Translations under genes and position numbers: made by a program
Source: the human T2T-CHM13v2.0 reference genome, Homo sapiens
Reading direction: 5' to 3' (one strand)
Length of the DNA stretch: 64,000 nucleotides
Assembly: GCF_009914755.1 (NCBI RefSeq)
Contig: NC_060941.1
The notes under the pieces: generated by a model
Told to the model about the DNA's origin: nothing
The model's database searches: none
The model's input: only the letters and a program-made list of their open reading frames with translations
Shown: positions 1 through 13,705 of the stretch, in pieces
Numbering within the stretch: position 1 is the stretch's first letter
Layout: each line of letters opens with the position of its first letter

Positions 1-3000
1 TGGTGATATCACCTTTATCATTTTTTATTGCATCTATTTGATACTTCTGTCTTTTCTTCTTTATCAGTCTTGCTAGTGGTCTATTAATTTTGTTGATCTT
101 TTCAAAAAGCCAGCTCCTGGATTCATTGATTTTTTGAAGGGTTTTTTGTGTCTCTAGCTCCTTCAGTTCTGCTCTGCTCTTAGTTATTTCTTGCCTTCTG
201 CTAGCTTTTGAATGTGTTTGCTCTTGCTTCTCTAGTTACTTCAACTTTGATGTTAGGGTGTCAATTTTAGATCTTTTCTCCTTTCTCTTGTGGGCATTTA
301 GTGCTACAAATTTCCCTCTACACACTGCTTTGAATGTGTCCCAGAGATTCTGGTATGTTGTGTCTTTGTTCTCATTGGTTTCAAAGAACATCTTTATTCC
401 TGCCTTCACTTTGTTATGTACCCAGTAGTCAATCAGCAGCAGGTTGTTCAATTTCCATGTAGTTGAGCGGTTTTGAGTGAGTTTCTTAATCCTGAGTTCT
501 AGTTTGATTGCACTGTGGTCTGAGAGACAGTTTTTATAATTTCTGTTCTTTTACATTTGCTGAGGAGTGCTTTACTTCCAACTATGTGGTCAATTTTGGA
601 GTAAGTGCGATGTGGTGCTGAGAAGAATGTACATTCTGTTGATTTGGGGTGGAGAGTTCTGTAGATGTCTGTTAGGTCTGCTTGGTGCAGAGCTGAGTTC
701 AATTCCTGGACATGCTTGTTAACCTTCTGTCTCATTGATCTGTCTAGTGTTGAGAGTGGGGTGTTAAAGTCTCCCATTGTTACTGTGTGGGAGTCTAAGT
801 CTCTTTGTAGGTCTCTAAGGACTTGCTTTATGAATCTGGGTGCTCCTGTATTGGGTGCATATATATTTAGGGTGGTTAGCTCTTTTTGTTGAATTAATTC
901 CTTTACCGTTATGTAATGGCCTTGTCTCTTTTGATATTTGTTGGTTTAAAGTATGTTTTATCAGAGACTAGGATTGCAACCCCCGCCTTTTTCTGTTTTC
1001 CATTTGCTTGGTAGATCTTCCTCCATCCCTTTATTTTGAGCCTATGTGTGTCTCTGCACGTGAGATGGGTCTCCTGAATACAGCACACTGATGGGTCTTG
1101 ACTCTTTATCCAATTTGTCAGTTTGCATCTTTTAATTGGAGCATTTAGCCCATTTACATTTAAGGTTAATATTGTTATGTGTGAATTTCATCCTGTCATT
1201 ATGATGTTAGCTGGTTATTTTGCTCATTAGTTGATGCAGTTTCTTTCTAGCATCGAAGGCCTTTACAATTCAGCATGTTTTTGCAGTGGCTGGTACTGGT
1301 TGTTCCTTTCCATGTTTAGTGCTTCCTTTAGGAGCTCTTGTAAGGCAGGCCTGGTGTCACAAAATCTCTCAGCATTTGCTTGTCTTTAAAGGATTTTATT
1401 TCTCCTTCACTTGTGAAGCTTAGTTTGGCTGGATATGAAATTCTGGGTTGAAAATTCTTTTCTTTAAGAATGTTGAATATTGGCCCCCACTCTCTTCAGG
1501 CTTGTAGAGTTTCTGCTGAGAGATCCACTGTTAGTCTGATGGGCTTCCCTTTGTGGATAACCCAACCTTTCTCTCTGGCTGCCCTTAACATTTTTTCCTT
1601 TAATTCAACTTTGGTGAATGTGACAACTATGTGTCTTGGAGTTACTCTTCTTGAGGAGTTTCTTTGTGGCATTCTCTGTATTTCCTGAATTGGAATGTTG
1701 GCCTGCCTTGCTAGATTAGGGCAGTTCTCCTGGATAATATCCTGCAGAGTGTTTTTCAACTTGGTTCCATTCTCCCCATCACTTTCAGGTACACCAATCC
1801 AATGTAGATTTGGTCTTTTCATGTAGTCCCATATTTCTTGGAGGTTTTGTTCATTTCTTTTTATTCTTTTTTCTCTAAACTTCTCTTCTCACTTCATTTT
1901 ATTCATTTGATCTTCAATCACTGATAGATTTCTTCCAGTTGATCTGAAGCTTGTGCATTCATCACGTAGTTCTTGTGCCATGGTTTTCAGTTCCATCAGG
2001 TCATTTAAGACCTTCTTTACACTGGTTATTTTAGTTAGCCATTCATCTAATCTTTTTTCAAGGTTTTTAGCTTCTTTGCGATGGGTTCGAACTTCCTCCT
2101 TTAGCTCGGAGAAGTTTGATCGTCTGAAGCCTTCTTCTCTCAACTCATCAAAGTCATTCTCCATCCAGCTTTGTTCCACTGCTGGCGAGGAGCTGCATTC
2201 CTTTGTAGGGGGAGAGGCACTCTGATTTTTAGAATTTTCAGCTTTTCTGCTCTGTTTTTTTCCCCATCTTTGTGGTTTTATCTACCTTTGGTCTTTGATG
2301 ACGGTGATGTACAGATGGAGTTTTGGTGTGGATGTCCTTTCTCTTTGTTAGTTTTCCTTCTAACAGTCAGGATCCTCAGCTGCAGGTCTGTTGGAGTTTG
2401 CTGGAGGTCCACTCCAGATGGTATTTGCCTGGGTATCAGCAGCAGAGGCTGCAAAAGAGCGAATATTGCTGAACAGCAAATGTTGCTGCCTGATTTTTCC
2501 TCCGGAAGCTTCTTCTCAGAGGGGTACATGGCTGGGAGAGGCGTCAGTCTGCCGCTACTGTGGGATACCTCCCAGTTAGGCTACTCTGGGGTCAGGGACC
2601 CACTTGAGGAGGCTGTCTGTCCATTCTCAGATCTCAAACTCTGTGCTGGGAGAACCACTAGTCTCTTCAAAGCTGTCAGGCAGGGACATTTAAGTCTGCA
2701 GAGGTTTCTGCTGCCTTTTGTTTGGCTATGCCCTGCCCCCAGAGGTGGAGTCTACAGAGGCAGGCAGGCCTACTTGAGCTGCGGTGGGCTCCACTCAGTT
2801 TGAGCTTCCTGGTCACTTTACCAACTCAAGCCTCAGCAACGGTGGGTGCCCCTCCCCCAGCCTTGCTGCCACCTCGCAGTTCAATCTCAGACTGTTGTGC
2901 TAGCAATGAGTGAGGCTCTGTGGGCATGGGACCCTCCGAGCCAGGGGCAGGATATAATCTTCTGGTGTACCGTTTGCTAAGACCATTGGAAAAGCGCAGT

Positions 3001-3284
3001 ATTAGAGTGAGAGTGACCTGATTTTCCAGTGTCATCTGTCATGGCTTCCCTTGGCTAGGAAAGGGAATTCCTGACCCTTTGCACTTCCTGGGTGAGGCGA
3101 TGCCTCACCCTGCTTCAGCTCATGCTCGGTGGGCTACACCAACTATCCTGCATCCACTGTCCAACAAGCCCTAGTACCAGTACCTCAGTTGGAAATGCAG
3201 AAATCACCCATCTTCTGCATCACTCATGCTGGGAGCTGTAGACTGGAGCTGTTCCCATTCAGCCATCTTGGAATCGCCATTCCC
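1..3284 (-). mobile_element. LINE-1 (L1PA family) 5' half: 5'UTR, ORF1 and ORF2 endonuclease start, degenerate; continues beyond the window's left edge
   Basis: Reverse strand begins ...CAAGATGGCTGAATGGGAACAGCTCCAGTCTACAGCTCCCAGC (L1PA 5' end/YY1 site). ORF1 ATG ~2267 and stop ~1263; ORF2 ATGACAGGA at ~1199. ORF track shows fragmented ORF1 (MKRPNLHWIGVPE, MEQSWMENDFDEL) and EN peptides (GDFNTPLS, YSKIDHIVGSK). Confidence 0.96.
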
Positions 3285-4789
3285 TTTGGCGTCTTTGTCT
3301 CTGCTCTGCTTTGCCTGTATCATTATGGACTATCCCTAGGGGAGAATCTGGATGAACACAGGTGGTGGCTGAGTTCTCCACAGCCCACCTGCAGTGAGTG
3401 AGGACCTGCCTCTTCTCCTGAATGGTACCTCTTTAACCATCAGTTGGGCACATTTGTCTCTCAGCCTGGATCTTCTAAATGTGTCCAAGAAGTCTTAGTG
3501 CCAGTTGTTTCTCCAGGACTGTGGGAGGCTGTGGCAGCTCAGGGGCTGATTGGGAGATCATCTCTTTTCCAACCTTTCCCTCTATGAGTTCCAACTTCCA
3601 TGAAGCCTGTGTCTTCTCAGAAGAGATGGGAGAGGTTTCTTTTTCTCATCCAGCCCACAGCCTCAGCAAGGGATCGCCCATATCAGTGGCTATCATGGGC
3701 CCAGGCATGAGGTGACCACAGGAGTTGGGGCTGCATGAGACACTCACCTTGCAGTTGGTGGCAGGTGTGTCCTCAGGGGAGTCCTGTCAGCCAGCACTCC
3801 AGGTGCGGGATGCAGGGCAGGGCAGCCTTCAAGGATAGCAGAAGAGTGGGTTGGGTTGGAGAGGGCAAGGAGGAATCACTTATGTATGCTCCCTAGTTTT
3901 AAACCTACTAAAATGTTTATAGGATAGACCTGAACAGTCTGATCATTTCAAAAGGTAAATAAAACTCTCCTTACAATCCTTGTCCTCAAAGTCCTTAGCC
4001 CCGCACACACAGGATTGTGCGCAATGAGGGAAGCTGCACCTGCCAGCCCAGGCCTGTGGAGTTCTGGGCGTTGCTTCATCACTTTGTGTCACTCCATAAG
4101 GGACTGTTCACGTGTATTTGTTCAGCTTCGCTCTCCAGAAGGCCCTTCAACTATTAGTCCATTGTATCTCTCAACTCTCCCAACAGATTGTTGAAGCATT
4201 TCACAGAGGAGGAACCCGAGGCTCCTATGAAGGAATAGTTCACCCAGAGTCATGGTTGATAGGCCACAGGTCATGGGGATGGCTTGCCTTGGGATGAGTG
4301 TGTAGATTGACTTTAAATTTCTAAGGAGGGGAGTTTAGATATGTATTCCCAAAACTTACCATCGCCATCTGGAAGTTTGAATTACCATCTTACTGGGAAC
4401 TGTCCAGGTGACCTCACACTAGAGCTCATGTGATATCCGTTTATGATGAGGTGGTTGTGTGCTCAGGGTGCACACATATCTCTGAGTGGGTGTGAGGCAC
4501 ATGCCAGGTGGGCACAGAGACATCCACCTGGAATCCCAGAATGGTTTGAACCCCTCTACATATAGACCTTTCCTTGGTGCTGGGAAGTCAATTGTCCTCT
4601 CCGACCCTTGAGAGGGAAGGTCCTGGGTGGCCCATAATGTTTCAGATGTTTTAGGTATCAGTAACCTTTAAGGACATTACTGTGGATGCCACCCAGGAAC
4701 AGTGGGCCCTGTGAGGCCCAGCCCAGAGGTGCCATGCTGGAGAACAATGGTCCCCTGGGCCTAGTGGGTGAGTCTGTCAGCACTGATTG

Positions 4790-5265
4790 ATTTATTCATT
4801 TATCTTTAATAATTTCAACTTTTCTTTTCGATTCAGGGGGTCCTTGTGCAGGTTTGTTACATGGGCATATCATGTGATGCTGAGGTTTGGGGTACGATTG
4901 ATATTGTCACTAAAGCAACGAGTGCACATGGTACACAACGGTTAGTTTTTCAACCCTTCCCCCCTTCTTCTCTTCCTTCCCCCTCTTGAATTCCCCAGTG
5001 TCTATTGTTCCTATCTTTATGCCCATGTGTACTCAACATTTACCTCCCACTTGTAAGTGAGAACATGCAGTATTTGGTTTTCTGTTCCTGAGTTAATTCA
5101 CTTAGGATAATGGCCTCCAGCTGCATCCATGTTGCTGCAAAGCACGTGATCTCGTTCTTTTTATGACTGTATGGTATTCCATGGTGTATATGTACACATT
5201 TTCCGTAGCCAGTTCACCATTGAAGGGCAGCTAGGTTGGTTCCCTGTCTTTGTTATCGTGAATAA
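4790..5265 (-). mobile_element. Old L1 3'-end fragment (L1PA13-16/L1PB-like)
   Basis: GTGCAGGTTTGTTACATGGG...GAGAACATGCAGTATTTGGTTTTCTG...GGCCTCCAGCTGCATCCATG is the reverse complement of an L1 3'UTR; T-rich tail at left. Confidence 0.85.
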
Positions 5266-6429
5266 CGATGATTTATTTTTTGAACATGTGTCCACGACAG
5301 CTTGGCCACACCCCTCCTCTCAGCCCTCAGTCACACTGGTTCTTTCACAGCACAAAGGACTACCTGAAGGAAGCTTGTTAATGTCTCTACATCTGGCTTG
5401 TCACCCACCAGAGCATCATCTTCCCATTGCAATGTCATGCCTTTCTGGCTGCTAGATCTCCAATACCCAGAACACTGTGGCTATCTTTAAAAAATAAATC
5501 ACTAGATTAAATTTTTACCAAGCAACAACTCTGTTCTGAGCACGAAGCTAGCGTTTGAGAGCATAGCAGGAAAAATAACTGGCCCTTGCCTTTTTCTTGC
5601 AAAACTGAGATTGTGCTGGTGGAGCTTTCATTGATTGGATTATTATGAAAATAAAGGTCAGCCAGCTGTGGAATCTTCCTTCACTCTGCTCTGAGCCTGG
5701 CCATGCAAACCAGCAACATGAGCTCCCACTGCCTGGAGATCCGAGGCAGGACTCCCTCCTGTCCTGTGAGGGACACTGGTGTCCTCAGGGTCAGGGTGCT
5801 CTTCCCTGGCTGCCCTTGGAAGCCCACCTCATTCTTCCTCAGGAGCCTGCCCTGAACCTGAGGCCCATGCTTGGTTCTGGCATAGGATTCAAATCCCTGC
5901 AGCTTCACTGCAGAGCAGGAGCTCTGCCAGAGAGAATTTCCCAGGTGGAGCAAGGACAGGGCTGTGGAGGGCAGGGAAGGTCCTCCCTGGGGCCTGAGTC
6001 CAGGTGAGCCGCAGACAGGTGTGCTCCTGGGAGGACCTAGCCAGGGAGGGAGCAGGGTCTTAGTGAGCGCGGTGCGGAGTTCCAGGAATGGTGTTTTCAG
6101 GTAGTATGGGGGCTGCTGGTTGACCGGTTCCTTTGAGGTCATATTCCTCATGCGTATCAGTCTCCCTTCCTATATGTTCCTGTCCTCCTGGGCGTCGGAG
6201 TTTCCCGTTGCAGCCTCTGCCCTGACCCTTGCCCTTGGACCGTTTCCCTCCCCTTTCATCCCTGAAATCCCAGATCTATTCTATTTTTCCTCTTATATCA
6301 ACCCTGAAAATGTTGTCTGTCCGTTTCCTAAGTCGTGTTTCCACTCGCTGGTGTACGGATTGTCAGGTTCTACCCCATGCAGCTGGGTGGGCCTCTCCGG
6401 CTCCTTCCTGCTCCTGTAGGTTTCATCCC

Positions 6430-6910
6430 CCACCTCCCCCAACAGCGGCTTTTAGCTGCCTGGGGCCGCCCGCCTGACCCTAGGACGAGTGCGGAATGAC
6501 CCCCTCTCCACGCGGAGCCCTGAGCGGGAGGCGGCAGGGGCCCAGGCAGCAGGAACTGGGAACAAGCCGCCCGGCAGGAAGTTTCGGGTGGCTGGAATTT
6601 AGGAAGAAGCTAGCCTGAGCTCAAAACCTCCTGCTAAACAAACCTTAAGGCGCGCATCCGGCTCTGTTTCCCACCTGCAGGTTCCGCATTCCTTAGCCCA
6701 GCAGGCGGGGAGGCGGGAGCGGGGTCAGAATTGGTGGAAGGCTGGGGTTGCGGGGTGCAGAGAGTGCTGAGCCATGAAGACTTGGGGCAGCGAGGCCGAG
6801 TGATGGCAGAGCCTGGGGAGGCGTCCAGGCTGCGGGGGAGCAGGGACTTTGGAGCAATGACCCTGGGGGGACACTGAGCACAGGGCCAGGGTGGCGTCCA
6901 GGGGTCTCGG
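6430..6910. promoter_or_regulatory. CpG/GC-rich segment, promoter/enhancer-like
   Basis: Local CpG enrichment (GGGCCGCCCGCC, GCGCGC, GGCGGGAGCGGG) and an ETS-like CAGGAAGT at ~6575; no linked gene identified. Confidence 0.35.
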
Positions 6911-7574
6911 GTAGGCCTGGACTAAAGAGGCCTGGGAAGAGAGACGTGGGGAGGTCAAAGGGCCCTGGTGAGTCTGGATGAGGAGCAGAGGATTGAGTCC
7001 CCCCAGAACTGAGTCCAATGTTTTTGGGGGGAGGGACAAGGAAACAGTGAGGGGGTGGGGGCCATGTGCCACTGTTCGAGGGACAAACCCAGCTCAGAGG
7101 AAATAAGGCACGGGGGTGAGGTGACAAGGGACATGGGGGTGACAGGGCCATGAGATGAGGGGTGTCGAGGTCGGGCCAGGAAAAGATCAACTAAACAGCC
7201 GGGGGAAGTGGGGACCCAGGGAAGCAAGACATGGAGGCATGAGGGAGAAAAAGGGAGGAGGGGGAGCTCAGCAAATCAGTCACTGCCAGGCGCCTCTAGG
7301 AGTCTGATTTTGTGGCACCTTAGTCATGTTTTCAGAGAAGAGGTTCATAGTCTAGAGGATCCCATGGCCACATGGCCAACACAGGGAGGAAGTGGGGTGA
7401 AGAGCTGGGGTGCCCATCTGTGGCCCCGCTTCCTTGTGAGGTTCCCACAGGCCCTGTGGGCACACAGCCCAGCTCTGCCCTGAACTCAGGGCCTGCCTGG
7501 GTCCTGTCTCTTCCCTCCTGTACTTTCTGTCTCAGCTGAGCTGTTCTTGCCTGCACCTTAGCACCTCAGGCTGA

Positions 7575-8250
7575 GTGGGAGGGAGAATCCTAAACTGGCC
7601 CTCAAGATTCTGCCCCCTGGGGAACAGCCCTGTGTATAGAATCCCTTTCACCAGGGTGGCCTGGATCTCTGAATACTTTGGGATCTCACTCCCCAAGTTA
7701 CATGACTTTACATTGCAGTTAGGGGGTTTTGAAGATGTAATTACAACCCCTAATCAGTCTACTGTAAGTTCATCAAAAAGGAGATTTTCCTGGAGAGGCC
7801 TGGTCTAATCAGGTGATCCCTTTCAAAGAAGGGCTGGAGGCTGGGCATGGTGGCTCACGCCTGTAATCCTAGCACTTTGAGAGGCCAAAGCAGGAGGTTC
7901 ACTTGAGCCCAGGATCACTTGACCCCATCTCTACAAAAAATACAAAAATTAGACGGGAGTGGTGGTTGTATGCCTATAGTCCCAGCTACATGGGAGGCTG
8001 ACGTGGGAGAATCACCTGAGCTCAGGGAGGTTGAGGCTGCAGTGAGCTGTGATTGCACCACTGCACTCCAGCGTGGGCAACAGAGCAAGACCCTGTCTCA
8101 AAAAAAATAACAGGAAGAAGAATAAAAAAGTGGGCTGGAGGTCAGAAGCAGAAGGGATCAGCGTGATGCAAGGCAGACAGTCTCCTGCAGGCCCTGAAGA
8201 GGCCACCTCCTGTGCTGTGCTGCTGTGCCACCGCTATGCTGCTCTGCCAC
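7575..8250 (+). mobile_element. MaLR LTR (MLT1-like) interrupted by an Alu
   Basis: GATGTAATTACAACCCCTAATCAG...AAAAAGGAGATTTTCCTGG...CTAATCAGGTGATCCCTTT resembles MLT1 LTR; the similarity resumes after the Alu. Confidence 0.6.
7839..8129 (+). mobile_element. Alu (AluJ-like) with TSD
   Basis: GGCTGGGCATGGTGGCTCACGCCTGTAATCC...GAGCAAGACCCTGTCTC plus A tail; near-perfect TSD AAAG(A/T)-GGGCTGGAG at 7825-7839 and 8127-8140. Confidence 0.93.
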
Positions 8251-10006
8251 CTTGTGGAGGGCCTCCAGGAAGGTTTCTGAAGCTGCTGCGTGTGTGGCAA
8301 TTGGTTACGTAGCAGCAGAAAACAAATGCAGCTTTCTACTCCTCCCTCTCCTACCCCACCCCTGGATCTAACCAGTTCCTGATATTCTCTAACCAAGGAT
8401 CACCCTGCACACTCCTGGACAGCCCTGGTGTGAACCCTCACTCACCCTGGGTGGCTGAAGATGGTTTGGGATAATAATGATAATAGTGGCTCCTGATATC
8501 TGTTGGGCACTAACTACTGTGCAAGTATTTTATGCCCATGAAGCCATCCCATTTTCACAACAACTGCATAAGGAGGCATATCTAGAAGAGGATCTAGCAG
8601 CCTTCCAGTTCAACTTCATTTAGACATCAGGATCCCAGGCCCAGAGGCACAGGTCATGGTTTCCAAGCCCCATAGGGCGCTGTTTTCAACTGTTAGGATA
8701 ATCCAGAACACCTGGAGGGCGCTCCTATGTGCTATGAGCAAAGCAAAAACATCCTTCATTCAACAGACTCTCCCCAGGCTGAGCCTGCAGACCCCCTCTT
8801 GTGATAGGGTCAGAATTCAGTTTTTAAAGAGCTTAGTGTGTAGATACTATTGATGATCTTTGGGAGCTGAAGTGTTCTTGAACTCCAGGCATAGTAACAT
8901 GTTTTAGGTTCATTTATTTGAAGCATTATGAAAGGAAAATATATGTTACACCTCAAAAGGAGTTTAGATTCTCTGTAGTTATAACTACTGTATAGTCACA
9001 TGACTATTTTCTAAATTTTAAGCTAAATATTCAGTGTGATAAGATACTCATTTTTGTACATGTTATATCCACTTAACTATTAAAGCTGGTCATTTATTAC
9101 CTCACATGCAGTGTTAAGATAATGAGTAAATTGTTCATAAATTTTCACTACTATTATTGGGAAGCATCATGGCATGTAATAAATCATCTTTTTTATACAT
9201 AGAATGAAATCAAGGCTAGGGAAGGTACATACTACTCCATTCGTGCTGTGTGGCTAAGAATGGATCTCATCGATTGTGTATAATGGCAAGATGAGTACTA
9301 AAAATATTTGTAGGATCAATACTTGAATGTTCATAAGCAAGATGTCACAAATATCCCACCATTCCTACAAATTAAAATAATTTTAGTATAATTTTTAGAC
9401 AGCACATTTATAAACATGTGCCAAATAGAACATAGCCACCTAGCACAGTGACTGGATTGGATGTAGTACGTCTCTGGATTCCTCCTATGTGTTTACTGGA
9501 GATGTTTGGGAAGTCACCTAGTCCTTTGATTGTTCATATTCTTTATCCATGTATTAGAATTTCATAGTAACTGCTTAGCTGATGTGTTTCATGTAAGTTA
9601 CAGAATTGTCTATTAAACATGCTGTGCTCATTACCTATTATAGGATATTGATTTTTGTCTGTATATTTGCCCTTCTTTAAAACATTCTAGTACTTTTACT
9701 TTTTAGAACATGCAGGAGAATACGTAGCAGGAGGAGAGCAAAGATGACACCAACTTTTTTCATTTCTTAGCCCTTTTGATCTATGTTATGGATGAAGATA
9801 TAGATGAAAATTAAGGCTGAGATATCTGATATCCTGATATCTGTTGGGCACTTTTAATCTGTTGAGAATTTTAATTGTTAGATATTTTACTTCTGATTAT
9901 GTGAACATATACAATTTAATGATTAAAATATTATAAATTTCATGCTTAATAATAAATGTCTTTCATATATGACTCCATCAAATCTTTAAACTTTGCATAT
10001 TTATAC

Positions 10007-10400
10007 TGTGAAAAAAAATGAATTAACTAAGCCTCCGGCTTTCTAAAATGGAAGCAGGAGAAGCACTCAAATCTGCTAAAGGTCAAGCCACAGAATGTTC
10101 CAGTAGACTTGGATAAACAACTGAAGCCAATGTCCACCAGCCTTCAGCATCTTTCAGCTGGGAGTGGCCTCGTTAACTGACCAATCAAAACGAGTTTACA
10201 ACTTCGGATTTCTGCCCAACAAATCAACTGCCTTTAAAAATAACTTTTGTGGAAATCCTTGATTCAAAAATGTTTCCTGCACTTGCCTTACAAGACACTC
10301 TTCAGGGCCGCCCTGACTCACTGTACCTGAGTTGCAATTCTTTGTTTCTCAAATAAATGCTATTTCCTTTGACCTCCATGCCCATCTTTTTTAGTGAACA
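10007..10400 (+). mobile_element. Possible solo ERV LTR remnant
   Basis: TG...CA ends, GACCAATCA box, and GTTGCAATTC...CAAATAAA poly(A) context typical of LTR 3' ends; family not recognised. Confidence 0.3.
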
Positions 10401-11989
10401 GCACAGTATCGTAACTGTTATTGGTATCCATTATTAAGACTGTTGGACCTTTCATTGCTTCATAGAATTATCTTTATCTTGGGCAAGAAAGTGAAAATTA
10501 TCCATAGTTTCTTTAAAATAGTAATATTTTAAGCCACTCAAAATAAGAAAAAGTTAAAGTTCACAATAAAAAGATCCTGATTTACCTGAATAAGACTTGA
10601 AAAGTGAAGAACAATTCCTTCTACCTGAAAAGGGTGTTGACCCAGAATCCACCTTGGACGACCCTCTAGAGCTGGCAAGTCAGCGTCATCCCCAGTGCAC
10701 CTGTGACTGACAACACATCTCACCCAGCTGCCATAGGGATGTCAAAGACACAGGATACAGTGCTGGAAAGGGAAAAAGCATCAGTGCAAAAGTAGATTTC
10801 AGGATTTGGAGCACGGAGGCAAGTGCCCTCTCCTGGCATCCCTGCATGGGGCCATAGTGAGGAGGCTCTGCAGTCTTCCAGGAGGACTGGACCATGGATA
10901 GGAAATACCCAAGACATGGATTCTCTAGGGACATGGGCGATTCCAAAAGCACCGAGGAGCGTGCCCCTAGAGAAGCAGTCCACTGGGTCCGTAGTAAAAT
11001 CTCATGGCATAACCAATGTGGAGACCAGAGACTAAAAATCTGTAACGTCCTTGGTGTCCATGGACCTCAAAGCCAAACACAACAGCCCCACGAGTATCTG
11101 TCATCCAGGCACGGAGAGCTAGGGGCGAGCTTCTAAGGGTAAAGGAGGCTTCTTCCCTGTCCAGATGTGTGGACGCTTGGGTTTACAGATAATGGAGGTG
11201 TCTATGTATGTTGTCATGAAAATATAAGGCAAGTGGCACCAAATATGATTTAGTGGTCCCAGAAATTCGGTGCTGTGTGCTTTCTGCACGACATTAATTT
11301 TAATTATATGGACACAGAAGGAGAAAATTTAAAACTTAAATGTCTTATCATTGCTAGAAAAATAAAAGTTTTTTCCCTACGAGTTAGAAATCTTGATCTC
11401 TGCGTTTTTCTATGGATCGATTCTCAAAGTTTGTGCAAATACAGTTGGTGTTTCTTTCTAAGTGTCTTTGGTTATGAACTAAGGATGTAACCAACTCCTG
11501 CTTATTAGGTAAAGGGATGAGGCAAGAGAGATCCAGCAACAGGGTGTGTTTTTTTTTCAATCTTTGGCAACATTTTTCTGTGATGTCCAAAGTAGTGAAC
11601 TCCCTGACTAGGGTTTCAGACATGGAGTGTTCTAATCCACCAAACACCAAAGGGCTGGGAAGAAGTGATTTGGACATGGATAACCAGTGTCACCTACAAC
11701 ATGGAACAGAGGGTCATCAAAGTGGTCTGAGTCACTTTAATATGTGGCTGGAGAGATGCAAGAACAACAGAAAGAGCCCTCAGGAGGCATCCCCACCCAA
11801 GGGCAGTGAAGCTCAGTGCAGCTGCGGGGTGTGGGGTCATAGGGTGACCAGGTGACAGGGCTGATGGGGAGGAGAAATGCTCTGTTAAGGGTGTTGTCTC
11901 TGTCACTTCTTCAAAAAGCAGCACAGTCTCAGGCACATGCTCCCTCCTGCCCCACCCCACCCACAATTGATCCACTGCAGCTCTTCCAA

Positions 11990-12720
11990 GATGCTTCCCT
12001 CCATTCTAGTACCTCCCCTTACTCCTGAGCCCCTGTGGCCTCTATCTTACTCCCTCTCTCCAGTTCTTTGTACCTTCCTCCTCTCCCTCACTCACCTCCC
12101 CTCCCATGCAAAGCCCCTACTGGTTCCCCCCTCCCCACTTCACCTCCACTCACACTCCATCTTCACCCTCCATTCCAGTCCTTCCCTTCCTCTCCTCACT
12201 CTGACTCCACCGGTGAACTCACTTCCCATCCCTTCTGTCCATGTCCCTGCCTCAGTTTACCTCCCTTCCCCTCTCCTCACCTTCCTTGGATGCACCTGAC
12301 CTCTCCTGCCTCCCTCCCCTTCATTCATGCCCTTCCTTTCTTCTCTCTCCAGTTCCATCTCCTCCAACATGCTCCCCTCCCCCTTTCCTTCAGCCTCTGT
12401 TGACCTCTCCACCCTCCCACAGTCCCCTGCACTCTCCTGCCAAGGACATCCCTCCCAGCCATCCCCGCCCTCCTCACCTCACCTCGTTTGGCTCCATGTC
12501 CCTCAGCTCCCCTTCCCTCCCTCTTCCCTGTCCCAAGAGCCATCTGGGTTTCCTTTCCAGTCTCCCTCTGCTTGTGTGCTTTCTTCCCCTTCCCTGACTT
12601 CCCCTGCTCTATCTTCTCCTCAGTTCCCCGCCCTCCCTCTCTGCACCTGCCCAGTTTCCCCCATCTCCCCTCCATGCTCCCTTTCTCAGTTTCCCTCCCC
12701 AGCTCCTGAGTTGGACCACC
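11990..12720 (+). repeat. Pyrimidine-rich (C/T) low-complexity tract
   Basis: ~700 bp dominated by CCT/CTCC/TTCCC, which produces spurious Pro/Ser/Leu ORFs. Confidence 0.85.
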
Positions 12721-13705
12721 TCAGCTCAGCGCCCTACTTCCTGTGCCTGCCCCTGCCTGCTGCCCACCCTCCCTGCACACAGCTCACTTCTCCCTCTGGC
12801 CCTCCTGCTGAGCAAGTGGCTCCCCGACTGCCCTGGGCCTGCCCACTTTCCCCAGCCCCCGCAGTCAAGGCTCTCCACATCACCGGGGTGAGGGCCGAGA
12901 TGCACCCTCTCCAGGGCTCTGCTTCCTCCAGCAGGTCCCAGATCCTCCCTCCAAGCTAAGCTCCATGGCCCATCCCTCCCCTGGGGGCAACACCACAGGG
13001 ACCTTTTGCCCACCTTGCCAGGCTTTTCAGAGGCCTCGAAGCTGTGGTCAGGCAGGCAAGTGGGGAGCAAGCCAGGAGTTACAGATCCAGAGCTTGGGGC
13101 AGTCCAGGCAGCGGGGGCTGTGGTCCCCTGTGACCACTTCTGTGACCTTGCCACTTGAACCCTCCAGGGCCTATGTCCTCACCTCCAACGTGAAGATCAG
13201 GCTGGGCCATTATTGCAAAGCTGTGCTGAGTGTTGACAAAGGTGCATGTCACGCTTTATTACAGGTAGCTGGTGTTTCCTGAGCATTTGGAAACAACGCC
13301 CTGTAAAATACTGTGAACTAATCGCAGAGCTGGGCACAGCATGCTTCATGATCTTATTTTATACTGACGTGTTTTGTCATCGTGCTGTCAAGTATTCTCC
13401 AGCCACATCATTTGTTAGTAGTTTGACCTGCATAGGAGGGCAGTGTCACCCTCCTTCCTGCTGTGCTGATTTCAGCGAGGGCCTCCGGGCCAGACTGCCC
13501 CGTGCGCCCCCTGTTGACTAACCTGGGAATCGCCCGCCGCCTGCCTTGAGCCTTGTGATGTGGGCAGGACGGGGCCGGGGCAGGGCCAGGAGCCTGCGGG
13601 GAGGCGCGGGGCCAGGCGCCTGCAGGAGTGGAACCTGCCCAAGATCTAGGAGTAGCTCGGTGCAGGACCAGGACAGAGTTCACACCCCTGGCTTCACGTA
13701 CACGT

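Noticed and set aside
2171-2803. 210-aa plus-strand ORF
   Set aside because: Antisense L1 5'UTR sequence with a TTG start.
3748-6010. Scattered splice-donor-like motifs (GTGAGT/GTAAGT at ~3747 -, ~4359 -, ~4768 +, ~6004 +)
   Set aside because: Mixed strands and no recognisable protein; not distinguishable from chance.
11937-12959. Long Pro/Ser/Leu-rich ORFs (up to 210 aa)
   Set aside because: Artefact of stop-poor pyrimidine-rich low-complexity DNA.
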